A stretch of DNA of 64,000 nucleotides, taken from Octopus sinensis. Its lineage: Eukaryota. Positions 53,056 to 64,000 of this stretch are shown here, in pieces. Below the pieces are notes generated by a model that saw nothing but the letters and a program-made list of their open reading frames with translations, was not told the origin of the DNA and did not search any database. The DNA lies in assembly GCF_006345805.1 (NCBI RefSeq), contig NC_042997.1:36642001-36706000 (forward strand). Reading direction: 5' to 3'. Made by a program: the position numbers and the translations under genes. Every line of letters starts with the position of its first letter. Position 1 is the stretch's first letter.

Positions 53056-54161
53056 GCAGGAATAAAAATAAGGAGAATAGAATACTTGAAATCTTAGCCA
53101 CCACAAGAAAATATGAAAACGACAGAATTCCCTGACCAATAAAAAAGCAGCAACCCTACAAACAATAACATTAGAAAAGTCGTTCTATTAAGTGGCTGCT
53201 GAGGACAAAAGACAACAAAATCTAATTCAGTTTATGTATTCGAAAATGTGAGAGTATTTCAGATAATGTGGATATACGTAAACCTGGAAAAATCAGCCTC
53301 ATTTAGAACTGATGCTTTCGATGTTGTCTGCAATAAAGCTAACTTACTTTTAATGAGCAAAGTCAAGCAAAAGAAAAGTAATCCATTTTTGATGCACGAT
53401 GGTGAATTCTGTCATCATTTCAATTCTAAGAATCTTACGTATAAATGTTTCTCGTCTCTGGCAATTTGACAATAACTTTTCATTGAGTAATATGCAATAG
53501 GTTATATGTAGCTAATAACCATTTTATTCAAATGAAACTTAATTACAATGGGATAACTCACCATCCTATATACAAACAATTACTATTTTTGTTGTTTGTT
53601 TTCTTACACCAGCAATATGTAATACACATAAATGAATTTCATTACATGCTGTTACACACGAATACCCGTGGACTTCTATAGGTCGGTTATTCAGTCCAGA
53701 GAATATGCATATATTTCTGTATTAATTTTAGAGTCATGCAATGAAACGTATGTTCTTCTCTTTCCAAAGTTTTATTGTAGAAAATCAATAAGATAGCCGT
53801 GTCACATTAATATAGCAAATTATGGAAACCTTGTGTAGTTTTATTAACATTATTGTTTGATAGGGCAAGTAATTGAAGCAGTAACACATTCGTATATGTG
53901 GCAATAGGCGTAGTCTGGCATGGGACGTTGCTTTATTTCCTATTGAGTCAGAAAAGTATTTGGCTGATGGAAACAGAGAGAAGCCCGTTGTAAATATTAT
54001 CTATCTATCTATGCATATATATATATATATAGAGAGAGAGAGATAGATAGATATACATACATACATAAACATATATATATATATAATATAATATATATAT
54101 ATATATAATATGATATATATATATATATATATGTGTGTATATATAGGGTGGTGTATATATA

Positions 54162-55040
54162 CAAGGTGCGGTGAATATATTGTCGTCTAATTTACGCAAA
54201 ATTGAAATTAACACTGTCATCTCATTTTAACAGATAAATTATAAATTTACCAAAATTACATAAAAATATCTTCAAATACTAAAGAGTAAATTTATTCAAT
54301 AAAATCGCCATTGGCTTCAACCACGTCCTCCAGGCCACTTCGGAATTTTCTGAAACTCTTCTGGATGCTCTTCTTGTTTAAATTCGTGAATGCTGACGTA
54401 ATCCTTGCTTTCAGTTCATATTTTATAATATAAGGAATTTTGTTGGTTTCCCGCTCAACTGGGCTCCACACATAATAAACAAAGGGGTTGCTGTTTGGGG
54501 AGTTAGGTAGTCAGATGTCAAGGCTGAAGTGGTCGTAGAAATTGTCTGACAGTCATGACTGGGAACTCCTGTTTGTGTGGCCAGACAAAGGGTGTTCCAA
54601 CAGCCACCTTCTTGATCTAGGGCAGCACTACATCCTTTCGGCACTTGATGTGCGCCTCCGGGTTGATTCTGACGCCGTGTGGGAAAATGAATGGAGGCAT
54701 AACGTCACTATTACTAGTGATCACTCCAAACAGCATAATATTGAAAGGATGTTCGATTGTTATCACTCTACGTACATGTTTTGAGGACACAGTGAGCTTA
54801 CCGTTGTTCTGTCTGTTGAGCATCTGTTCGTATTGGAGCTTCCTGTGCGAAAGCCAAGCAGTACAATATGTTTCCAAATTTTATGGCAGAGTGAATTTCG
54901 TCACGGTGTTCTCTTTCTCACAGTCGGTGCCCAACTCCCCCTACTCTAGTGTGTAGTCTACAAAATGAAAAACAAACATTGCGCAAGCGCGAAATTAAAA
55001 ATATAAAAATATATGATGACAATCTATCAATCGTATCCTG
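54162..55040 (-). mobile_element. Internally deleted maT/DD37D-like Tc1-mariner element
   Basis: IMLFGVITSNSDVMPPFIF, LPNSPNSNPFVYYVW...VERETNK, VVEANGDFIE*. ~25 bp TIRs caaggtgcggtgaatatattgtcgt and the reverse of atgacaatctatcaatcgtatcctg; TA flanks. Subfamily inferred because the second D region is deleted. Confidence 0.8.
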
Positions 55041-55074
55041 TAAATATATATATATATATATACATATATGCTAT

Positions 55075-55484
55075 AGGCGCAGGAGCGTCTGCGTGGTAAG
55101 TAGCTTGCTTACCAACCGCATGGTTCTTGGTTCAGTCCCACTGCGTGGCACCTTGAGCTACTATCTTCTACTATAGCCTCAGGCCGACGTAAGCCTTCTG
55201 AGTGGATTTGGTAGATGGACACTGAAGGAAGCCCGTCGTATATATGTATATGTATATATGTGTGTGTGTGTGTGTTTGTCTGTGTTTGTCCCTCTGCCAA
55301 CATCGCTTGACAACCTATGGTGCTATGTTTACTTCCCCGTAACTTAGCGGTGCGGCAAAAGAGGCCGATAGAATATGTACTAAGCTTACAAAGAATAAGT
55401 CCTACGGTCGATTTCCTCGAATAAATGCGGTGCTCCAGCATGGCTGCACTCAGATGACTGAAACAAATAAAAGAGTAAAAGAGT
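55075..55484 (+). mobile_element. SINE family 1 copy
   Basis: aggcgcaggagcgtctgcgtggtaag ... aaagagtaaaagagta. Confidence 0.9.
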
Positions 55485-55779
55485 ATATATATATATAAAC
55501 ATATTGTATATTTTTAGGTATGTGCATATCAGTGTGTGTGCACGTGTGAGCGCTGGTGTTTTTTTGTGTGTTAGTGTGTGCGTGTGTGTGATCATATTCA
55601 CATATACTTATATGATTAAACATTTGCCTAGGCCCAATTCAGCTCATTCGATCGTTTAGTGAACCCCTGACTACACAAGTTGCAAGTGCTCAAACCTCAA
55701 AAAGGTGATGTAAATTTATATTTTGGACCTGACCATTCCATTTCGACCCAATGATCTCACTAATCCGGCGGACTAGAGT

Positions 55780-57050
55780 TGAGCAGTAACTTTTTATGTG
55801 CTATACACTAGACGTAACCAGCACACCAATTCTGACGCCTTGGTAACCATGGGCTCACTTCATCTCCAAAATTTTCGTGTCCTCCCTCATCAACCTAGCT
55901 TAAATCATCAGCTTGTAAGTGTTAAGCGGAATAGTATGCAAATATACAACGGTGGCGAGCTGACAGAACCGTTAGCACGCCGGGCGAAATGCGTAGCCGT
56001 ATTTCGTCTGCCTACGTTCTGAGTTCAAATTCCGCCGAGGTCGACTTTGCCTATCATCCTTTCGGTGTCGATAAATTAAGTACCAGTTACGCACTGGAGT
56101 CGATATAATCGACTTAATTCGTTTGTCTGTCCTTGTTTGTCCTCTCTGTGTTTAGCTCCTTATGGGTAGTAAAGAAATAGGTATGCAAATATATGCACGT
56201 CATACTGCTACACCTATTACTTTGTCTTTCCTCACCCGTAATAAATCCAAACAGCACTACCGTCTCCTCAGCACTTCGTCTTTTAGACATTCCCATTAAC
56301 TTAGAAAGTTAGCTTCTCGGTAGCATGAATAACGGTCTTCCACAAGATTTTGTCGGTGGCTGCACTACTCGCCATCATAGCACTTGTGAATTCCCATAAA
56401 TACGCGAACCGTTCTTCAAACTCAATTACTTCTTGTTAACTGTTGATATCACTCACTATATCTCAAATATGATTATGGATAACCTCTATGCTAAACTTTT
56501 ATTTTTTTCCCTTTGACGTACAAATCATAAGTTATGTTATGAACTTAATCTCAATCACTAAATCGATTTTATGGACATTTTCTTCGCTTGAGAATCAATC
56601 AAATCCACGAACATATTTTTACCAGTTATAAGAGAATTCTGATCCTCTAATAATCGACACAGCGTTAAATTACAAGAGTTTGACTGAGAGTACTGCAGAT
56701 GTCAATGTACAAAGATAAAACTTTCCCTGGCCGCCAATGCATCTTCTTTAAGCCCACTGAATCTCAATTATATTTCGACTCCATTTATTCTCCTCACCCA
56801 TACCAAATTCTCCATTCCCTTCATGCGGTTCCTTTGCGTCTGCCTATCTCGTATTCAAGACCATGATTTTCATACTCAGTCTGAATTCTTGGTTCAATTT
56901 TCAAGGCAGCCGATAAGCTTCTATTTTAGTTGCAGTTAACATTGGACAAACGTCCTTTCCAAATGTTATCTACCACTTTTTCAGTTTAGCTATCAAGCAT
57001 ATCATGTGATGCATGTCAATATTTCTCCAATCCGACCGCACTAATTAGGA
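55780..57050 (+). mobile_element. Decayed Penelope-like RT (Neptune-like), interrupted by a SINE
   Basis: YTLDVTS, DFVGGCTT, FFKPTESQLYFDS..HPYQI, DHDFHTQSEFLVQF. Confidence 0.65.
55951..56179 (+). mobile_element. SINE family 2, full length, TSD-like GTATGCAAATATA
   Basis: 13-mer at 55934-55946 and 56181-56193. Confidence 0.9.
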
Positions 57051-57099
57051 AGCGTTCGATGCTTCCTAGGGCTAAACGGCAGTGGTATAATTCCCATAC

Positions 57100-57300
57100 G
57101 GCGAGCTGGCAGAATCGTTAGCACGCCGGGCGAAATGCTTAGCGGTATTTCGGCTGCCGTTACGTTGTGAGTTCAAATTCCGCCGAGGTCGATAAATTAA
57201 GTACCAGTTACGCACTAGTGTCGATATAATCGACTTAATACCTATGTATGTCCATGTTTGCCCCCTCTATGTTTAGCCCCTTGTGGGTAATAAAGAAATA
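57100..57300 (+). mobile_element. SINE family 2 with internal deletion
   Basis: Matches the 61252 copy except for the missing ctttgcctttcatcctttc segment. Confidence 0.9.
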
Positions 57301-57459
57301 AGTATACAACCACTCTTTGCTCCACCACCGCTCATGTCTCTTTGAGACATTTAGAAATTTAATATTTCTGATTACGGTAACCAGTGAATAGATTTCACTT
57401 TAAATATATATATATATTTGTGAAGGCTGGACGGGCACCTCAATCAGCAGATCTCACTA

Positions 57460-57507
57460 TCCTTGGCTGATGACGGGTTAAGACCCAGAAACATGCATGT
57501 CCTCGGG
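57460..57507 (+). ncRNA. Type I hammerhead motif (family C), core intact
   Basis: ccttgg CTGATGA c gggt-taag-accc a GAAAC atgcat GTC ctcggg. Palindrome ACATGCATGT; stem I weakened. Confidence 0.7.
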
Positions 57508-57516
57508 TGTGAATCT

Positions 57517-57675
57517 TGGCTGGTGAGGGTGCTTGCCTCCCCTTCACAAATATAAGGGCACAGAAAATGTGTCAAAGCCGACAGGAAGCGTTCGATGCTT
57601 CCTAGGACTAAACAGCGGTGTGGTAATTCCCATACGGGACTGTCACGTTAAGTTGATAGTATACAACCGCTCTAA
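57517..57675 (+). repeat. PLE terminal-repeat module, three copies (57049-57100 partial, 57517-57675, 60152-60303)
   Basis: gtgcttgcctcccc...aaatgtgtcaaagccgacaggaagc..gatgcttcctagg shared. Confidence 0.85.
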
Positions 57676-58162
57676 CCTACCTCTAATTTCTTAAAAAGCG
57701 CTATTCATATACAGGCGTATGTCCGAAAATGCTCCCCTACCAAGAGCCCCTCCTTTCTTCCTCACTCGACCTTTCTACTTTAATACCACCAGCTTCGTCA
57801 GGCACAACCGACACATTTGCATATAAGAATTTTCGTTTAAATATTTCTTCTCTCGGGTTCTTCCTTCTTATTTAGTCACAAAACTCAAAACCTATCTATT
57901 CAGAATGCATGGCCAACAGCTACGATCTTGAATAAATGCATGAACTTAATCAAAGTTTGCCTGCTATACAATATATATATATATAAAATTTTAACTGTAT
58001 TCGGACTATATATAAATATATATACGCAAACATACACACACACACACACACACATATACATATATATGTATATATATATATATATATACTGAAACATGTT
58101 ATAATGTATATATAAAAATTAAAAATTGTATAATACAGCAGCATTTTCGAACTTCATTTTTT

Positions 58163-58199
<37 letters not shown>

Positions 58200-58267
58200 C
58201 GCAAACACACACACGCACACGTATACATACATACATACATTCATACATACATACATACATACATACA

Positions 58268-58303
<36 letters not shown>

Positions 58304-58349
58304 TACATATATATATATATATGTGTGTGTGTATGTGTGTGTATGTATA

Positions 58350-60020
58350 TGTATTTTTTGCGTAATGTGATAACAAACCAAGGTTCTATAAATATTAGAG
58401 CATTTATAAATAGGTCTTACAGCTGTTTCTATGATATCAATTAATAATATCCCTTCATCGGAGACGAAAAATTAAGACGTAGTTACTTTCGGTGTGATAC
58501 AAATAGAGAGTGAGGTGGAAGAAAGAAAATAGATGTAAGATAAGTATGGGTATTGAGTTCGAAAATCTGTTTTATAGGCATAATGGTATATATGTATAAT
58601 ATTCCAACATCCTTTGAGTAAAATCCAACAGTCCAATAGAGTTTAATATGAGTCCATCCTGATGTAGATTTTATAAGCATTGTAAGATTCTCCTAAAATT
58701 GGTCATTCCCAGCAGGGAATTTATATATAGTGTAGCAGATTCAAGTTTTGTGTTTAAACTGGCCTAGAAATAGGGAGTTGATTAGTATGGTCAAATCGAA
58801 AACAGAAAGAGATGAATGGCACCAAATAAAGAAAAGAAAAATGGAAAAAAGAAAAAAGGGAGGAGATAAAAGAGGAGAGAAAGAAAGAATTAAAGAGAAA
58901 GAAGAAAGGGGATTAGTAAAAACAAAAAATAAAATAAAGATATAGAATAAAACCATGGAGGTATGAATAAAGGGAATAAGGAAAAGAAAAAAATTAGATA
59001 TAGGTTGTTCAGTGGTCAGTGGTCAGTGGAGCTAGTTTAAAAGTAGGAGTGGGGATAGAGAGAGAGAGGTACTATAGTATAAGTGATAGAGGAATGGGGG
59101 TGTTAAGAGGTAGAGGAAGTACTAAGTGTAGTAGTAGCTTTTAATTGTGAGTCAAATATATGAAGAATTAAGAATTAAGGAAATAGCAGTGTTAATTATT
59201 CTGAGAAAATATTTATGGGAAGATGTATATACATGTATATATCAGATAAGTTACAGAGATAAGTTACAAATACAATCCTCGTGTATCATCGTTCCCACAT
59301 ATGCAGTAATCTATATTTTGCATGTGTATTAATGTTTACATATACCCACATGCATGCATACATCCATGCCCTCACTCGTACATATATACGCGCGCATGGG
59401 TGTGTGCGTGTATATATGTAAATGAATATAATCAGATGGTTGCATATGTGAGAAACTAGGGGTTTTATTCTTTATCTTTATTTAATTTTTTGTTTTTACT
59501 AATCTCCTTCTTTCTCTTTAATTCTTTCTTTCCCTCCTCTTTAATCTCCTCCCTTTTTTCTTTTTTTTTCTGTTACCATTCCTCTCTTCCTGTTTTCAAT
59601 TTGACCATACTAACCCACTCCCTATTTCTAGGCAAGTTTAAACACAAAACTTGAATCTGCTACACTATATATAAATTCCCTACTGGGTATGACCAATTTT
59701 AAGAGAATCTTACATTGCTTATAAACTCTATATCTGGATGGACTCATATTAACCATTATGCCTATGTACCATTATGCCTATAAAACAGATTTTCGAACTC
59801 AATACCCATACATATCTTACATCTCTTTTCTTTCCTCCACCTCACTCTCTATTTGTATCACATCAAAACTATGACTTAAATTTCATCTCATACCGTCTCC
59901 GATGAAGGGATATTATTAATTAATATCCTAGAAACAGCTGTAAGACCTTCTATCTATAAATGCTATAATATCTATACAGCCTTGGTTTTTTTATCTCATT
60001 ACGCAAAAAATACATATATA
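58350..60020. repeat. ~600 bp inverted repeat (58350-58954 and 59461-60020), each arm carrying hammerhead family B
   Basis: Arms are colinear reverse complements with a ~505 bp spacer. HHR at 58414-58465 (-) and 59895-59946 (+). Confidence 0.9.
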
Positions 60021-60304
60021 CACACGTTGACATAGAACCAACGTTGAACCCTTTATTCACAATATTACCGAATCTGGAATTTAACTATGGTCTGTCTATA
60101 GCACATGTTCAGCATTACCTGACACCTTTGGGTCTCAATTACACCATTATCTAGCTGGTGGGGGTGCTTGCCTCCCCTTTGCAAATATAAGGACACAGAA
60201 AATGTGTCAAAGCCGACAGGAAGCATCGATGCTTCCTAGGGCTATATAGCGGTGGTGTAATTCCCTTTACGGAATTGTCACGTTATGTTGATATTGTACA
60301 ACCT

Positions 60305-60344
60305 CGCTCTCTCTCTCTCTCTCTTTCTCTCTCTCTATCTCTCC

Positions 60345-60418
<74 letters not shown>
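60305..60418. repeat. (CT)n(TA)n microsatellite
   Basis: Direct inspection. Confidence 0.95.
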
Positions 60419-60421
<3 letters not shown>

Positions 60422-61251
60422 GGCAACCAATATTTATTTTTATATACAGACCTATATTCTTCGTAATTTTGAAAAATCTTTAAATCATTTCTTTTCGCTA
60501 ATTCTATTTCTTCACTGCATTTCTGATATTCTTTGATAATTCCTTTTCGCTGCTAATATGTGGACTTTATCGTTGTTGAAGCAATTCTATTTTCTTATTA
60601 ATAAGCTTTCATTGTGTTCTTTTGTAATATCTGCATTAATAACTATGTCATTATATAAAAAAGAAAAACTTGGGAATTAAGTTAATACAAAACTATTTTG
60701 TGTCTCTTTATTGACTTCAGATTAACACTTAACAAAGGCGTCTGGAAATTTGAAAGAAACCTAAAAGTTTACAGTTTACAAAAGAATGTACGTTGAGTGA
60801 ACGTTATATTAATGTGAAATCCACAATAATAATGTTTGTCTATTTACTGAGATTTGTATTTCATTATACTTTCTTTTAAAACGCTTGCATTCTCGAAATA
60901 CATTTAAAGAATTGTTTTCCTAATTGAAATTGGATTAAGTTTTCAACTATCGTACTTTAGATAAAATCAATTAGAATAGGCGTAGAAAGCATTATTTTGG
61001 AGAACTATTTATATGTTACAATTATTAATGCTTTAAACGAAATTATCATTATAAATAAGTCATAGTCATTGATGTTTCACAAAGAATAATCTCTAATCGC
61101 CATGTTTATGTGACGGAACGCTTATTGAAGTACATATTGCATTGGATTATGAGTAAATCAATTAAAATTGTTCCGTTTCGTGACCGATGAACTGTGGTTT
61201 TTGAAAATGGTATTAGATAGTGTTTGCTTCTATTGAATATATTAGTTTAAA

Positions 61252-61482
61252 GGCGGCGAGCTGGCAGAATGGTTAGCGCGCCGGGCGAAGTGCTTAGCGG
61301 TATTTCGGCTGTCGTTACGTTGTGAGTTCAAATTCCGCCGAGGTCGACTTTGCCTTTCATCCTTTCTGAGTCGATAAATTAAGTACCAGTTACGCACTGG
61401 GGTCGATGTAATCGACTTAATACCTATGTCTGTCCTTGTTTGTCCCCTCTATGTTTAGCCCCTTGTGGGTAATAAAGAAATA
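61252..61482 (+). mobile_element. SINE family 2, full length
   Basis: ggcggcgagctggcagaatggttagcgcgccgggcgaag ... ccttgtgggtaataaagaaata. Confidence 0.92.
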
Positions 61483-64000
61483 GATATTAAATAGGATTTT
61501 CTTCTATTGAATTTATTATTTTTAAGGCTGCGAATGGAAAAGAATATACCATTATTGGATATATACAACAGTGCAAGAAATATAGTGTCCCAATTTCTGT
61601 TTCAAGAAGAGCCTTCCACAAGTATATAGAACTGATGTTATGCAATTAATATTATTGTCATATTAAATATTCTACATTATACCGAGCTTCTGCATTTTAT
61701 ATGAGGAAATATAATTATATATAAAAGAAAATTCATGTTTGATTTTCCCTTCTTGCACATATGTAATACAATATTTATCAACAGCGTATTTAGACACGCA
61801 CTAGTGTAAATCTAATTTATGATATGAGTGCTAACGTAACTCATTGTACCTATTGCCACAGTTTCTTTCCAAATTATTTGGAAATTTAATTTTATACTGA
61901 TGAGATTTTGAACGATTCTTTATTTAAATCAGATTGCGTTGCTAAAATCTATTGACTGCCATAAGTTCAAAGTTATTTGCTATTAGTCATATTGAGATTT
62001 GTATGCATTTTCGATAGCAACACATTTATATGTTGATGGGTTTATGTAATGTGGATTGACAAAAGCTACATTAAACCAATTCACATTTAATTTGTCTAGC
62101 CAAAGTTTGAATATTCACCAGAAGATACATTGTTAAGATCAAGAGGTTCGCAGTGAAATTGAATTTTCTCTCAGAAATCGTCTCTCAATATTTTAATGCA
62201 ACAGAGGAATATTTATCATCAGTAATATCATAATTGCACTTAATTATATGGTAGTTCGAGCGTAAGTCATTGATTTAAGGTTAGAAAGCAGCATTAAGAG
62301 TGGGAGTGTTGCAGATTTTGATGAGGTCAAACAATTAGATTTCAAAGCTCAGAACCAACTGTTTGTCATATCAGGTTCAACTGAAGATGGTAGAATTTAC
62401 TAGTATTTAACTGTAAATAACTTTGTGGACGTAATTCTGCTTACCAACGAAATATTATGCGGTTCTTACCGTATCACTGATGCTGTACTGAAACTGTAGT
62501 CAATATATGTGAATTCCAAATAGTTACACATTACAATATAATTGGCAATACGGACGGATGGAATTCCCTCAGATCGTACAGAATATTTTCGTTACCGGAA
62601 ACTTTTATAGCGAGATTAAAGATCGTACAGGTTTGCACTGTACATGCTGATGTAGCTCCCATAAACGCAGTATGAGAAAAAATGTTCACACAATTTGACT
62701 ATAAAAACACACCGAACCTGACAGATAGTGCTAGGATATGCAGAGTTCAGTAAACATATAAATATGCAAAATTTATCTGTTGCGAGACTTGCTACAGAGA
62801 GACAAAAAGACAGAGATAACATATTTAGCATATTTGTTGCGAAAATATCTCATTTTTGTTTCATTTAGTCTTCATTCTTTGCTGTTGTACGGCATTGTTT
62901 AAATGATTTTATTTATTTGTAGTATGCCTTTGTCTCTTTACATTTCTTATAAATTAATACAATTATGCAACAATAGAAAAAGGGGAAAAATAATTACCGT
63001 AAAATGTGTACCATGAATATTTATTGCTTTTATATAGCTAACAATATTCGAAATATAAGAGAAACCTCAATCGGAATATTTCACTTTCTTATTCATGGAC
63101 ATTTTATGAGTGATAACATCTAAGTCACATGAGAGTGAAAAGCATGGCAGGTTGCTTAGACTGCTGCATATAAAATGCATTGAAAGATTATGATTAATTT
63201 AGATGGTGACCTTATGTTAAAGAAGATGAAATTCTAATATTTCCTATAATTTCTTTATCAGAACAAAATATATATCCAACTAAATATATCTGGAAAGATA
63301 GTTCAATTAAATATATGAAGATAGTCCATTGGAGCGATGCTATAAATGTAGTTCAGGTTTTACCCGATATTCACAGAGTGCCAATATTGGATAGATAGAA
63401 TATAGGATCCGATTTTTTTTATTATTATCCGATTATTACGCGTGTTAAAACTTTTGATTTCTTAAGCGAAAGAACTGAAAATATCGTGCTATTTTTCCTC
63501 TCATATTGATCGTCTCTGAAGCAATTCTTCATCGTGTTTTCATAAAAGTATCACAAGTTATATCACAACATATATATTTGTAGAATGTATGAGGATGAAC
63601 CGTTCAAAATACAATATTTGCTATTAATTATTGGGAAAATATAGCGGTCCATAGTGAGACACATATTGTAGATCATTTGACTATGTTTACCCATAAATAT
63701 TGAATCCCATTCCCTCTAACTCTGTGTTAAGATTCCTCCGAATGTCAACGAAAAATAATATCCCATGAAAACAAGTTATATGGCGATTTGCTTGATTATG
63801 CAACTCCCTTAAAAGTATTTGACATACTGGCAAGATTTGTCGTCTGCCAAGAAAAAAACTTGCGCTTTTGGGAATAAAGTTTCATTACTTTATTTTAGAG
63901 TCTCATATAATTTGAAATAAATTGATAAAATAAATATAATTCCCTCTCCGCACACCTACATATTCAATTAAGTTTAGACGAAAAATTTTGGTATATTGAA

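Overview
AT-rich, microsatellite-dense eukaryotic DNA. The SINE families and repeat landscape look like an octopus or other coleoid cephalopod genome (inference, not verified). I cannot support any intact host gene or RNA gene. The window is mostly transposon relics: at least five Penelope-like (PLE) segments of different types, one Tc1 (DD34E), two mariners (one with a clear DD34D motif), one maT-like element, several LINE fragments, about 20 tRNA-headed SINE copies in several families, and three Helentron/HINE-like elements. The main observation is seven type I hammerhead ribozyme motifs in four unrelated sequence families, nearly all with a palindromic (dimer-type) stem III. One family sits inside a tRNA-headed SINE present in two copies, which suggests a Pol III ribozyme SINE possibly mobilised by Penelope machinery. 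Other notable structures are a 1.7 kb fold-back array of a 484 bp unit, a 600 bp inverted pair of ribozyme-bearing PLE ends, two palindromic MITE-like elements, a LINE tail with three zinc fingers, and long eroded reading frames (some LRR-like) that may be pseudogenes.
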